Positions 41,985 to 54,189 of a stretch of 64,000 nt of DNA are shown here, piece after piece (the stretch's first letter is position 1; every line of letters starts with the position of its first letter). The stretch covers positions 81,530,001-81,594,000 of the forward strand of contig NC_043000.1 in assembly GCF_006345805.1 (NCBI RefSeq), in the 5' to 3' direction. Both the position numbers and the translations under genes were made by a program. This stretch comes from Octopus sinensis. Its lineage: Eukaryota. Below the pieces are notes generated by a model. The model saw nothing but the letters and a program-made list of their open reading frames with translations. It did not search any database and was not told where the DNA came from.

Positions 41985-43610
41985 TCATCATCTTCATCAT
42001 TTAACGTCCATTATTCATGCTGGCATGGGTTGGACGGTTTCACCAAACTCCAGTATGATTTGGTATGGTTTCTATGGCTGGATGCCCTTCTTAACACCAA
42101 CCACTTCGAAAGTGTAATGGATGCTTTTCCATGCCACTAGCATGGGTGCCAGCTGCATGACATTGGTATCGGCCACAACTACAATTTATCTTGGCTTGAC
42201 AGGTCTTCTCAAGCACAGCATATCACCAAGGGTCTCAGCCATTTCTCATCACTTCCATGAGACCCAACGCTCAAATGGTGCTTTTTATGTGCCACCAGAA
42301 CAAGTGCTTGTTACATGACACCAGCATCAGCCACAACTATAATTTCATTCAGTATGATGGGTCTTCTCAAGCATGGCATTCCGCCAAAGGTCTCGTTCAA
42401 TAGTTATTGCCTCTGTGAGGCCCAACATTTGAAGATTATGCTTCATGAACTCATCTCATGTCTTCCTGGGTCTACCTTTACCACAGGTTCCTTCCACAGT
42501 TAGGGATCGGCACTTCTTTACACGGCTGTCTTCATCCATATATATCACATGACCATACCAGTGCAGTTGTCTCTCTTGCACACCACACCTGATGCCCCTT
42601 ATATCCAACTTTTCTTTCAAGATGTTTACACTTTGCCATACATGAACACTGACATTACATATCCAGTGAAGCCTACGCATGTCTTCAGTGGTCACAGCCC
42701 ATGTTTCACTGCTGTGTAGCATAGCTGTTCATGTACAGGCATCTTACACTCTGCCTTTGACTCTGAGAGAGAGGCCCTTTGTTGCCAACAGAGGTAGGAG
42801 CTCTGTGAACTTTGCCCTGCCTATTCTTATTCTCACAGCTATGCTCTCAGAGCATCAACCTCTGCTACTGACTTGGTCACCTAAATAACGGAAGCTATCA
42901 ACTACCTCTAGCTTACTCCATTGGCAGTCGATAGAGTCTATTTTCTGTAAATTTCTAGTGTTTCAGTTCTATATTTAAGAGATGAGGAATTATATACATT
43001 ATTTACATTATTTACATTTGATGGATATTTGTTCTCATCTTGTTTGTTGTTAACACGTTTCAGCTGATATACCCTCCAGCCTTCATCATGTGTCTTGGGA
43101 AAATTTCATCGAAAAATACCTTAGGAATGAGAACCCAAGTTCGAAATTTCCCCAAGATGCCTGATGAAGGCTGGAGGGTATATCAGACAAGATGAGGACA
43201 AGTATCTGTCAAATGTAAATGATGTAAATAATTTATAGTGTTTATTGTACCTGTGTACCTTCCACACACAAAAACTATTTTCTCAGTTAATCTTCCTCTG
43301 ATATTACTGCACTTCTTATGTGTCCATAGCATGCATTGGGTACATCTACAGATCGAGCAGGGCCATCAACCTGAAGGGATTCATGATTTGTCTGCCTTCC
43401 TACTTACTAAGACTTTGGGTTTTGCTAGGTTAACTATAAGGTTTTTGCTAGGTTAACTACAAAGCCCTTCAATTCTAGAACTTGCTTCCACACCTGAAAT
43501 TTCTTCTCCAGTTCTGGTAAGGATTCAGCTATAAGAACAAGGTCATCAGGGGCAGCCTACTTAAATTCCTCTGTTATTGCCTGGAGGACTATGATAAACA
43601 AGAGCAGAAT
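41985..43610 (-). mobile_element. RTE-like LINE 3' portion with (GAT)n tail, interrupted at 42964-43235
   Basis: FIIVLQAITEEF, VVDSFRYLGDQ, MLHSSETWAV, RQLHWYGHV, GRPRKT; the 3' UTR is shared with copies at about 8970-9563 (+), 49240-49850 (+) and 63600-64000 (+). Confidence 0.85.
42964..43235. mobile_element. Inverted Penelope-like pLTR remnant with hammerhead parts
   Basis: Inverted arms; flanking direct repeat TAGTGTTT at 42956-42963 and 43236-43243; CUGAUGA-A-GGCUG...CAG on +; AUGAUGA-A-GGCUG(10 nt)CAGCU-GAAACGUGUUA on -. Confidence 0.7.
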
Positions 43611-44255
43611 GTTGTGTTCTTGAGCAAAACACTCCATTTCATGTTCCTCTGCGATCATTTCGATATCTGACACACTTGTGCACCTATACAGGCAATGTCA
43701 ATTTGATGGAGGCAGTGAGCTAATGTGTAGCACATACATTTGATCATTATAAACAAATCAGCTGTGCAGGTTGTTCAGCAAACATTGTACACTCATATGT
43801 TGTATTCAATGGGAGACTCCATCATTATCATCATCATCATCATCATCATTATTATCATTAGTTTTGCTGTTTGTTTCAAGAACTCTTAATCATGGGTTTA
43901 CATGACTGCAGTTGATCTGTAGCTTACAAACAAACAACTAAAGGAATAACATATAGGTTAATGTAGTTTAAGATACACTGCTTCCAGATAAAAAATAGGC
44001 TGGTCATGATTGGAACACCTTTGAACATAGGTCTGTTAGATCAGGGCTAACCTGGGGCTAAACATAGCAACATTGAAGGACTCATTAAAAAAAGAAGTCT
44101 TAAATACTGTATAAAATCTGAATGTAATCAGAATGTTCTCATCTTGAAACACTTTTCATTATATATCATTGTAATTCCTAAAATGCTGGATCAGGGCTGA
44201 CCTTGGGTTAAACAACCACAAGAATCACCAGTGTCATCTTTGTCTTCTTTTGCAG

Positions 44256-44332
44256 TATTCCGGCAGGGGGATGAAGGTAAATCATGGTACATTATACTGA
44301 AAGGTTCTGTCAATGTTTCCATATATGGTAAG
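44256..44332 (+). CDS. RAPGEF4: Epac exon: CNB-B beta barrel
   Basis: ttttgcAG|TA; (L)[25 protein letters not shown]; donor AAG|GTAAGA. Confidence 0.97.
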
Positions 44333-45881
44333 GTAAGATTGTACAAGTTCACTTCTTACTTCTGTTGGTTAATCTCTGGATATGTGTATATGTGTGCATT
44401 TACATTTGTGTATTTATATCTATGTATATATTTATGTGTTTGCATGCATTTGTATGTTTGTGTGCATGTATATATGTTTGAGTGAGTATGAGTCCATATT
44501 TTTGTATGTTTGTGTATTTGCATGTGTGAGTATTTGTATTTGAATGTTTGTGAATATGTATGTGTGTATGTGTGCTTATATCTGTGTGTATGTATGATAT
44601 ATGTTTTATATATATATATATTTGTGTGCTTGATGTGTGTTTCTGCTAGTTGTATGTGTATGTGTAAATGTACAGATGTATGTTGGTATTGTATCTGTGT
44701 GTTTGTGTATATCAAAGTATATTATCAAGTATGAATATATGCATTTGTGTATATATATGTGTGTGTAAGTATATGTGTTTTTGCTTCTGTGTATGTATAC
44801 GTATTTTTCTGTATTAGAGCTTATAAAAAATCTCTGATAAATTTCATTTTCAAGAAAATATTGTTTTCAGATTTTGTGATAAATAATATATTATAGAAAA
44901 ATACAAATATAAATTTCATTTTGAGATATTTTCGGTAAACTGAATTATTAAAATGTAAATTCTTCTTTGATTTAATTAAATTTCATTGAGAAATTAAATG
45001 TGGAGACTGTTTTAATTTTGTTCATCAAAACAGAGTGGTTACTCACATGTTATTCACTGTCACAGACATTTCCTATATTTACGCAAACAGCCTGCTTTAG
45101 AACATGAAGAAATAAGTTGTTAAGCCCTGAATGACTTCTCCCAAGAGATAGGGCATTCTAGTATAACTGCTATATAGTTTGAGGAATGTCTAGGATTATA
45201 TTGTCTAAACTTCCCTTTCATTTCTTTTTAAAATAGACAGGGTGTAATTTGAAAGAGATTTAGTTGTTTTTTCTGGAGGGTTGAGCAATGATATAGAAGC
45301 TCCTTTATGGGCTTATAACATACGTGGTGTTTCTGTAAAGCAACAAGTAAGTAATGCTAGTAGAATTGGACTGAATACACTCCATAAAGATGGTTTGGTC
45401 TCCAACTAACTGAATTGGATTCAACACACTTCATTAAGATGGATTGATTCAACCTAGTTTACTGGTCTCAACCAATTTCAATTGGACAAAACTCACCACA
45501 TAAAGAGGGTTGAACTCAATTTAGTTGAAGTACTCTAAATTCATTACAAGAATATTGTTTGGCCCCACTCCACCAAGCTAAATAGCTTTCAACACACTAC
45601 ATGTGGACTTCATCAAACTAAATAAGCCTCAACACACTATATGAACATACATGGACTCCACTAGAGTGAATTAGACTTGACACAGTATATAACAATAGAG
45701 GTCATTCCACTAAAGGCATGCAACACTGGGCTCAGGAGCCTCAGGATCCAGTTCTGATCTATCTGTGCTCTGGCTTGCTATCAATAAATAAATATTATAG
45801 AGTATGGTGCAGTGATTTGCCTGGAGTCCTATAATGCTGCTAAAATGGCCTTGGATAAAGTAACTTAAGCCAGCAGAATTA

Positions 45882-46988
45882 TGAGGGTTAGCTGAAAAGT
45901 TCATAAGCTGACTATGAAGGAGTTGATGTTAGAATTGTAAATTCTTTCAGGCATTCTTTTCAACTCTTCTTATTTTGAAAATCAACAAAATTTGGTATTG
46001 TGGTGTTATCAAGTACCTGCAGAAAAAGGGTTTAACCCTCAAGGACATTCATGTTGACATGGTTGCTACATTAAGGGATGATGCTCCAGCTTTATCAACA
46101 ATGCAAAAGTGGATAGCTGAATTTAGTAGAGGAAGGGAGAGTCTTGAAGATGACCCAACATCTGGATGTCCTTCAACTGCAGGCGATTGACTATAAATCA
46201 AATAGCCAATGTTGCTAGCATATTTGATGAGAGAGTTGAGAATATTCTGCACAATGAACTTGGCATGATGAAGGTTTCTTCAGTAGAAACACCCCTCCTC
46301 ACCTGCTTCAAACAAAGCAGAGGCTGTTTCATCTACAGGGAAAATGATGACCTTCTTATTAATAATAGTGTTGTTTATTTCCAGGTAATCTAGGTAAATT
46401 GACTGTTTAAAGAAGTCTTCAAAAGTAACTAGCAGCTACTTCTCTTGAAAATCAACAAAATTTGGTATTGTGATGTTATCAAGTACCTGCAGAAAACGGG
46501 TTTAACCCCTAAGGACATTCAAGGGATGATGCAAATGTTATTTTTTTATTGACTCTCTTCATAAGAGCCGCACCATCAATAGAGATTATGCCAACTTACT
46601 GTGGTAGCTATGAAAGGCTATCAAGACCAAATGCCCCGAAAAACTGATGAAAGGGACCTTGTTTCATCAGGACAATGCTCCAGTATGCAAATCCTTGTTT
46701 TCAATGCTGTGCATGACTGTGGCTTTGAGCTGGTCGATCACCCTCCCTATTCTCCTGATTTGGCCCCATCTGACTATCGTTTGTTCCCCAACATACAAAA
46801 ACACTTGATGATGACATCCTTTCTGCTATTGATGAATTTTTTGACCAATAGGATGAAAGCTTCTTCACCAATGGGATCCAGGTATTGCAACACTGATGGA
46901 AGAAGTCTGTGGACCACAAGGGGGATTATGTTGAAAATTAAAGCTCATTTGCTAAGAGTATCTTGGTCAGCTTATGAACTTTTCAGCA
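45882..46988 (+). mobile_element. Degraded mariner (DD34D) element with an internal partial duplication
   Basis: TIR gctgaaaagttcataagctgac / gtcagcttatgaacttttcagc; VIKYLQKKGLT...GRESLEDDPTSGCP and HPPYSPDLAPSDYRLF; about 45976-46030 is repeated at about 46445-46520. Confidence 0.9.
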
Positions 46989-46989
46989 C

Positions 46990-47526
46990 CAGTGCTCAAC
47001 TGATACTTATTTTAATGACTCCAAAATAATGAAAGGTAAAGTCGACCTTGGTCAAATCTGAACTCAGAACAACATCACCACCAGCGACAATAATAATAAT
47101 AATGCTTTCTACCATAGGTACAAGGCCTGAAATTTTGGAGAAGAGGGCTGATCAATTACATCATCCTCACTGCTCAACTGGTATTTATTTTACTGACTCC
47201 AGGAGTATGAAAGGCAAAATGACCCTCAGCACAATTTGAACTCAAAACATAAAGGTGGATGAAATGTTGCTGAACATTTTGTCCAACATGCTAACAATTC
47301 TGCCAGATCATTCTTGGTTTCAAAATTTGGCACGAGGCCAGCAAATTCAGGGAAAGGAGTAAGTTGATTACATCCACCTCAGTGCTCAACTGGTACTTAT
47401 TTTATTGATCCTGAAAGGATGAAAGGCAAAGTCACCCCTGGCAGCATTTGAACTCAGAACATAAAATCAGAAAAAATGCCACAAGGCCTTATTTTTCTGA
47501 CATGGTAATTTTGTCATTTTGCTGCC

Positions 47527-47562
<36 letters not shown>

Positions 47563-47990
47563 TAATAATAATAATAATAATAATAACCCTTTCTACTATA
47601 GGCACTAGGCCTGAGGTTTGAGGGAAGGGGATAGTTAATCATATCTATCCCAATGCTTAACTGGTACGTATTTCATTGACCCTGAAGGGATGAAAGGCTA
47701 AGTCAATCTCAGTGGAATTTGAACTTAGAACATAAAGAGCTGAACGAAATTCCACTGGGTATTTTGTCCTGTGTGGTAAAAATTCTGCCAGCTCACTGCC
47801 TTAATAATGATAATAATGATTTCAAATTTTGGCACAAGGTCAGCAATTTCAGGGAAGGGATAAATCAATTACATTGACCTCAGTTTTCAACTGTACTTAT
47901 TTTATTAACCCAAAGAGGATGAGAGGCAAAGTCAACCTTGGTGGAGTTTGAACCCAGAATGTAAAGACAGATGAAATGCCCTGCATGCTA
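46990..47990 (-). repeat. Head-to-tail array of about five SINE family B copies separated by (AAT)n
   Basis: The unit ...ctggtacttattttattgac...gatgaaaggcaaagtc...tttgaactcagaac recurs about every 200-250 bp. Confidence 0.8.
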
Positions 47991-48028
47991 ATGATTGTAT
48001 CAGTTCACCATCTTGATAACAATAATGA

Positions 48029-48102
<74 letters not shown>

Positions 48103-48236
48103 AAAATAATAACAATAATATATGGCTGGGGAGAGAGGACATTTTTTGTCATCAGTTGAAATATTTTCAATGAAAATTCCAAAGTTATATGAAAGTATCC
48201 TGTTAATGTTTTGTGTTCCTCTTTGTTTTATTTCAG

Positions 48237-48304
48237 GGAACAGTGTGCCAGTTACAGGAAGGTGATGACTTTGGGAAGCTGGCTTTAGTTAATGATGCTC
48301 CTAG
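48237..48304 (+). CDS. RAPGEF4: Epac exon: phosphate-binding cassette
   Basis: tttcAG|GGA; [22 protein letters not shown](R); donor AG|GTAAGA. Confidence 0.97.
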
Positions 48305-49997
48305 GTAAGATATATGTATATAATTATTAATATGACCATGATCATATCCTCAGCAGCCATTCTCATCATCATCATCATCATTTTGTCATCATTATGTTTG
48401 TGGATACCACCACTACCATAATTAATATCAGCTTCTTCAACTACCCACTTCATTATCATCACCTTCACCAACAGCATCATCATCATCATCACCATCATCT
48501 TATTATTCCTATAATTGCAGACAATCACCACCACCACCATCATCATCATTAATATCAAGTACCACAATAACTCCCCACTTCAGCAACAGCAGCAGCAACT
48601 ACACCATCTTCATCATCATTACCATTGTCATCATCAACACCTTTGTCATCGTCATCATCTTCATCACCATCATCATCAAGACTATCATCATCATCGCCAT
48701 TATCAAGATCACCATTGTCATCAGCATCATCATCATAATCAGTACCCTGCATGCCATCACTATCATTGTCAACATAATCATCATCATCCTCATAATTACT
48801 TTCCCATGCATGCTGTCTCTCACTGATACCATGGTAGGTCATCACCACAAACTTACACAAAATTATTGTTTATATTGTTTTATTGCGTGATGTAACCTAG
48901 TGGCTTGGGTATTAGACGGACAAGTGAAAGGCCACGGTTGGATTTCTGGTCAAGATGCCATTTCATGTAGGTGGTCAACTCCATGATGAACTAGTATCTC
49001 ATTTAGAGGGCAGTCTTGTACTTTCAGTCATTTACACACTTGAATAAAAATTCAGTTTTTTTACATGATAGTAGTATAAGACATATTGTTACAAAATCAT
49101 ATCTGTTAATGGTTATATTTAAAACTTTTTTCACTGTATTCATTTCTTTTTGCATTTCTTATTTCTGCTGTAAAAATGAAGCTGTGTTCCCTAATTTGTG
49201 CTTTGTTATATATATATATGCATGTATGTATGTATCCATACAACATATGGATGAGGACAGCTGTGTAAAGAAGTGCTGATCTCTAACTGTGGAGGAGGTA
49301 GACCGAGGAAGACATGGGACGAGGTGGCAAAGCATGATCTTCAAATGCTGGACCTCACAGAGACAGTGATTAGTGACTGAGACCTTTGGCGATATGCCAT
49401 ACTTGAGAAAACCCATCAAGCCAAGTGAAATTGTAGTCATGACCAATGCCAGTGTTACTGGCACCCTTGTCAGTGGCATGTAAAATCACCTTTGGAGCGT
49501 TGAGCCTCATGGAGACAATGTGGCCAATGCTGGTGTCACATAACTAGCACCCATGCCAGTGGCACATAAAAAGCACCTTTTGAGCATTGGGCTTCATGGA
49601 AGGAATGACAAATGACTGAGACCTTTGGCAATATGCTGTGTTTGAGCAGAAGACCCATCAAGCCAAGTGAAATCATAGTCGTGGCAGATTACATTCTCAG
49701 AGTGGTTGGCTTTTAGAAGGGCATCCAGCCATAGAAACCATGCCAAATCAGACTGGAGTCTAGTGCAGCCCTTCAGCTAACCAGCCCTGGTCAAACCGTC
49801 CAACCCATGCCAGCATGGACAACAGATATTAACTGATGATGATGATGACAATACAGCCATCCATTCATTCAGTTACTCATTCATTCTGTAACATATGTCT
49901 ATTAATTCCATTATCTGTTTTGTTTCTCCTTTCCACATGCTTACACTAAAAACCATTAAACTCAACCTTACACAATAATTCTGTGTATGTGTGTGGG

Positions 49998-51066
49998 CAA
50001 GGTGTAGCCAAAAAGTATCCAACCTTTGGCCCAAAAAGTAATATTCTTTTCTACTCTAGGCACAAGGCCTGAAATTTTGGGGGGAGGTAGCCAGTTGATT
50101 AGATTGACCCCAGTACACAACTAGTACTTAATTTATCGATCCCAAAAGGATGAGAGGCAAAGTCAACCCCCAGCAGAATTTGAACTCAGAACATAAAGAC
50201 AGACAAAATACCGCTAAGCACTTCACCCAGCATGCTAAGGTTCTGCAAGCTCACAAACTTACCAGTTTGATTGAGTCTCCTTCAAAGTATTCACCTTGAG
50301 AGTCTACACACTTCTGCTAGCATTCCTGTCACTGCTGGTAACATTTCTGGAAACCACTTTTGGGGATGCTGTAGAGCTGTGCCGTCAAATTTTCCTTCAT
50401 GTCTTCTGTTGATTCAAATCTTCTTCCTTTGAGTGTTTTCTTGAGCTTTGGAAATAGCTAAAAGTCACACAGAGCCAAGTCTAGGCCATAGGTGTCTTTT
50501 TGCTTGATGAGAAATGCTTGGACGACATGGGCAGAATGAGAAGGGTGTGTTGTCATGGTAGAGTTGCCAGTTCTTAGCTGCCCACAGGTCAGGTTGTTTT
50601 CACTACACAGCTTCACAAAGGCAATGAAGAACCCCAAGGTAATATTCTTTGTTAATTGTCTGACCTTGTGGTGCATATTCATGGCTTACTGTCCACTGCA
50701 GTGCGGCCATCTATGAACTGGTTGCATCACTTCTTTATTTGTGTTTTTTCCCATAACATCATCTCCAAAAACCTTTTGAATCTTCTCAATAGTTGGGGCT
50801 TGCCTATCACTGAGTTCTTGGCAGAATTTGATGCAGTATTTTTGCCCAATGCACTTAGTCATCTTTACTCCAAAAGAAAAATTGCACAGCACACTCTTCA
50901 CGTTTGTACTCAATGCATCACTGCAGGTGAATGGTGCAACCTACAGACACAAAAATGTTTACGCATGCTCAGGAAGGATACAACCACCTAATACGCATAC
51001 AGATTTTGCTCACGCATTATTATTTTGAGCCCAAAAAATCATGGTTGGTTACCTTTTGACAATACC
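49998..51066 (-). mobile_element. Degraded mariner element interrupted by SINEs
   Basis: Minus strand QKYCIKFCQEL...KIQKVFGDDVMG and DLALCDF; TIR-like caaggtgtagccaaaaagtatccaacc / ggttggttaccttttgacaatacct. Confidence 0.75.
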
Positions 51067-51298
51067 TATTTCTTTATTACCCACAAGGGGCTAAACATAG
51101 AGGGGACAAACAAGGACAGACATAGGTATTAAGTCGATTACATCGACCCCAGTGCGTAACTGGTACTTAATTTATCGACCCCGAAAGGATGAAAGGTAAA
51201 GTCGACCTCGGCGGAATTTGAACTCAGAACGTAACGGCAGACGAAATACCGCTAAGCATTTAGCCCGGCGTGCTAACGTTTCTGCCAGCTCACCGCCT
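51066..51298 (-). mobile_element. SINE family B (Nin-domain-like tttcatcctttcggggtcgataaattaagtaccag), young CpG-rich copy
   Basis: Nearly identical to 51546-51775; older copies at about 15726-15910, 28620-28790, 36406-36620, 36805-37240, 50045-50255 and 62045-62620. Confidence 0.8.
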
Positions 51299-51394
51299 TT
51301 CACCCCTGGCAGCATTTGAACTCAGAACATAAAATCAGAAAAAATGCCACAAGGCCTTATTTTTCTGACATGGTAATTTTGTCATTTTGCTGCC

Positions 51395-51441
<47 letters not shown>

Positions 51442-51848
51442 CCTTTCTACTATAGGCACTAGGCCTGAGGTTTGAGGGAAGGGGATAGTTAATCATATCT
51501 ACCCCAATGCTTAACTGGTACGTATTTCATTGACCCTGACAATACCTATTTCCTTACTACCCACAAGGGGCTAAACACAGAGAGGACAAACAAGGACAGA
51601 CAAAGGGATTAAGTCGATTACATCGACCCCAATGCGTAACTGGTACTTAATTTATCAACCCCGAAAGGATGAAAGGCAAAGTCGACCTTGGCAGAATTTG
51701 AACTCAGAACGTAATGGCAGACGAAATACAGCTGTGCATTTCGCCTGGCATGCTAACGATTCTGCCAGCTCGCCGTCAATACCTTTTGACAATACCTTGT
51801 ATGTATGTATGTAAATAAAGTTTTGGTCAGCTAAGACATTGTCTGGCT

Positions 51849-51893
51849 GCAGTCTGATGATGGCTTAGCTGGCTGAAACTTCGAAGTCACTGT
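51849..51893 (+). ncRNA. Type I hammerhead ribozyme motif, Penelope-like minimal type
   Basis: GCAGU-CUGAUGA-U-GGCU(UAGCU)GGCU-GAAAC-UUCGAA-GUC^ACUGU; stem I GCAGU/ACUGU; palindromic stem III ACUUCGAAGU. Confidence 0.75.
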
Positions 51894-52511
51894 CAATAAT
51901 ATTCTTGTTTAAGAATCCTGAATTTATACTCTACAAAAGATAGAGTAACCCTTCAGATTAAAGTAAAATTATATTCATTATAACTGAACATAATAACAAA
52001 CATGACAACTTGCCCAAGATGTCATGCAGTAAAACTGAACCTGGAAATATGTGGTTGGGAAGCAAACTTCTTACCACACAACCACACATATGCCTATAAT
52101 GTTAATATTATAGGAATAGAAGGTTAAAGTCACATGATCTGGTGGTGTTGGCACTGGAGGTGGCAGGGATTTATCTCACTGTTAGCAATGTAAACAAGAG
52201 GGCATTTTGCACCAAAAAGCCAACGTGAAAGTTTTTCTCTTGGTAACTGCCACAGTATAGTTTGTTCTAATATAGTTGCTTCCACATTTAATTGAGGATA
52301 CATATTACCTCTCTGTATTAATACTGCCTCTGTCACTCGTATATTTGTTAATACTATACTATAGAGTTTTATAACTGATAATACTAGTCATTAACTAACA
52401 TTCATATACTATATGCTTTTGCAATGTACGTTACTAATTACCCACTGCCACTGTACTATATATTCTATAATACACAACACTAACAACAATTCCTATACTT
52501 TGATATTCCAG

Positions 52512-52590
52512 GTCTGCCACGATATTCCTGTGTGAAGATAACTGTCATTTTCTACGGGTTGATAAAGATGACTTTAACAGAATTCTTCGA
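52512..52590 (+). CDS. RAPGEF4: Epac exon: end of CNB-B and hinge helix
   Basis: ttccAG|G; (R)[26 protein letters not shown]; donor CGA|GTATGT. Confidence 0.96.
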
Positions 52591-52819
52591 GTATGTATAA
52601 CTTGATTATCTCTAACTCTTGCTTCCTTATTACACACATGCACACACACACACACACATTATAAAAATCTGCCCAACTGTGTCTCAAAGGCAAGAAACTA
52701 TTAGTAGCTTTTACAGTGTACAGTAAATAATATTTATCTCTCATTAGCTGGCATACTTTTTTGTAGAGCCTACCTTAACAGAACTATAAACTATATATAT
52801 ATACAGAGAGAGAGCCATA

Positions 52820-53150
52820 TCTATTACATAAAATCCGTTCTGTCTGTCTGTGTGTCTTCTAGGATCTCAGGCATCCTCCATCCGATTGCACTCAAATTTG
52901 ATATGTAGATACCGACAGTATCAGGGTGTGTATAAGTCTTCAAAAAATTACAAAAATCGATTCCAGGTGAGAATGCGCTCGATAAAGCTGTGGGAACGTG
53001 CATTTTTATGCACAAGTACATCAGCTGTTGTGATCAATACTACGCATGCACGAGAAAAATGCACGTGCATTTTGTGCAAAAAAAGCTGGCTGGCTTGAAA
53101 TAATGCCACAAAATGCAGTATATTTAAGAGACCTGAAAAGTAAGATGCAA
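52820..53150 (+). mobile_element. Possible non-autonomous Helitron 5' portion
   Basis: A|TCTATTACATAAAA start followed by (TCTG)n and ccgatt...aaatttg, with local CpG enrichment; no 3' hairpin-CTAG found. Confidence 0.35.
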
Positions 53151-54189
53151 AAGAAATATTTTCTTCAAACTTGGCATGAAGGAAGGAAATACTATTTGGT
53201 TTCTCAAGAAATTTCTTTTTGCTTTAACTTCGTTTAGCAAAACCAAAAATTTTATTGAAATAAAGGCATGCTTAATTATTTTTTAATGAAATGTAAATAC
53301 TGATATGATTCAGCACCATCCATTGGACAGGGGCGTTTTGCTCTTATATATATATATAAGGAAAAGAATCTGAAAATGCAGGAGTCTTATGAAAATATTT
53401 ATTAACTTAACCAGTTTCACTTATTTAAAAAGATTTCCAAAAGTAAAATGTGAGGCTTTGTGTATCCTCTGTGGTGTCAAAAATTAGTTTACAAGAATGT
53501 ATTCAAATCAAGTGATAGGGTTTTGACAATGATAAGAAAAGTTTTGAGGCTTTGTGTATCCTCTGTGATGAGTCAAGAAATAGTTTACATAAAAACATTC
53601 AGATCAGGCAATAATTTTTTGTTATAATGATAAGAAGATCAAAATTAGTTTTCATGAATATATCCTGATCAAGTGATAGAGTCGTTGACAAGTAGATAAA
53701 ATATGTAACAGACCATTTAAAGTTCTCGGATCTGGCTTCTAAGGGTCTTGCATCTGGCTGGAGTTTGGCAATTATAAATAGAATTTCAATACTTCTGTAT
53801 AAAATGTGTGTTTCTATGTATGTGTGCCTGTGTGTGCATGTGTGTGTATGTGTGTGTGCATGTATAAGTGTGTGTTGTGGTTGTCAGGGTTGTGTGTATG
53901 TACGTGTGTATGCATGTGTGTGTGTGTATGTTATATTTATCAGGGTGATGTGTGTCTATGTGTGTGTTATATTTTGTCAGGGTGCTGTGTGTGCATGTGT
54001 GTGTGTATGTGTATGCTATGTTTGTTGGGATGATGTGCATGTGTGTGTGTGTGTGTGTTCATCTATGTGTGTGTATGAGTGTGTGTTATGTTTATTAGGA
54101 CGTATGTGTATGTATCTGTGTGTGTACACGTATATGTGTATGTGCGTGTGTTGCATTGGTCAGAGCGGTGTCTGTGTGTTATAAAAGAT

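Noticed and set aside
46990-47990. Repeat-spacer appearance resembling a CRISPR array
   Set aside because: The units are about 200-bp SINE copies in a eukaryotic intron, with no unique spacers and no cas genes.
48300-48860. His-rich, Asp-rich and Met-rich ORFs
   Set aside because: Translations of a degenerate (CAT)n microsatellite just inside an intron, with no domain or splice support.
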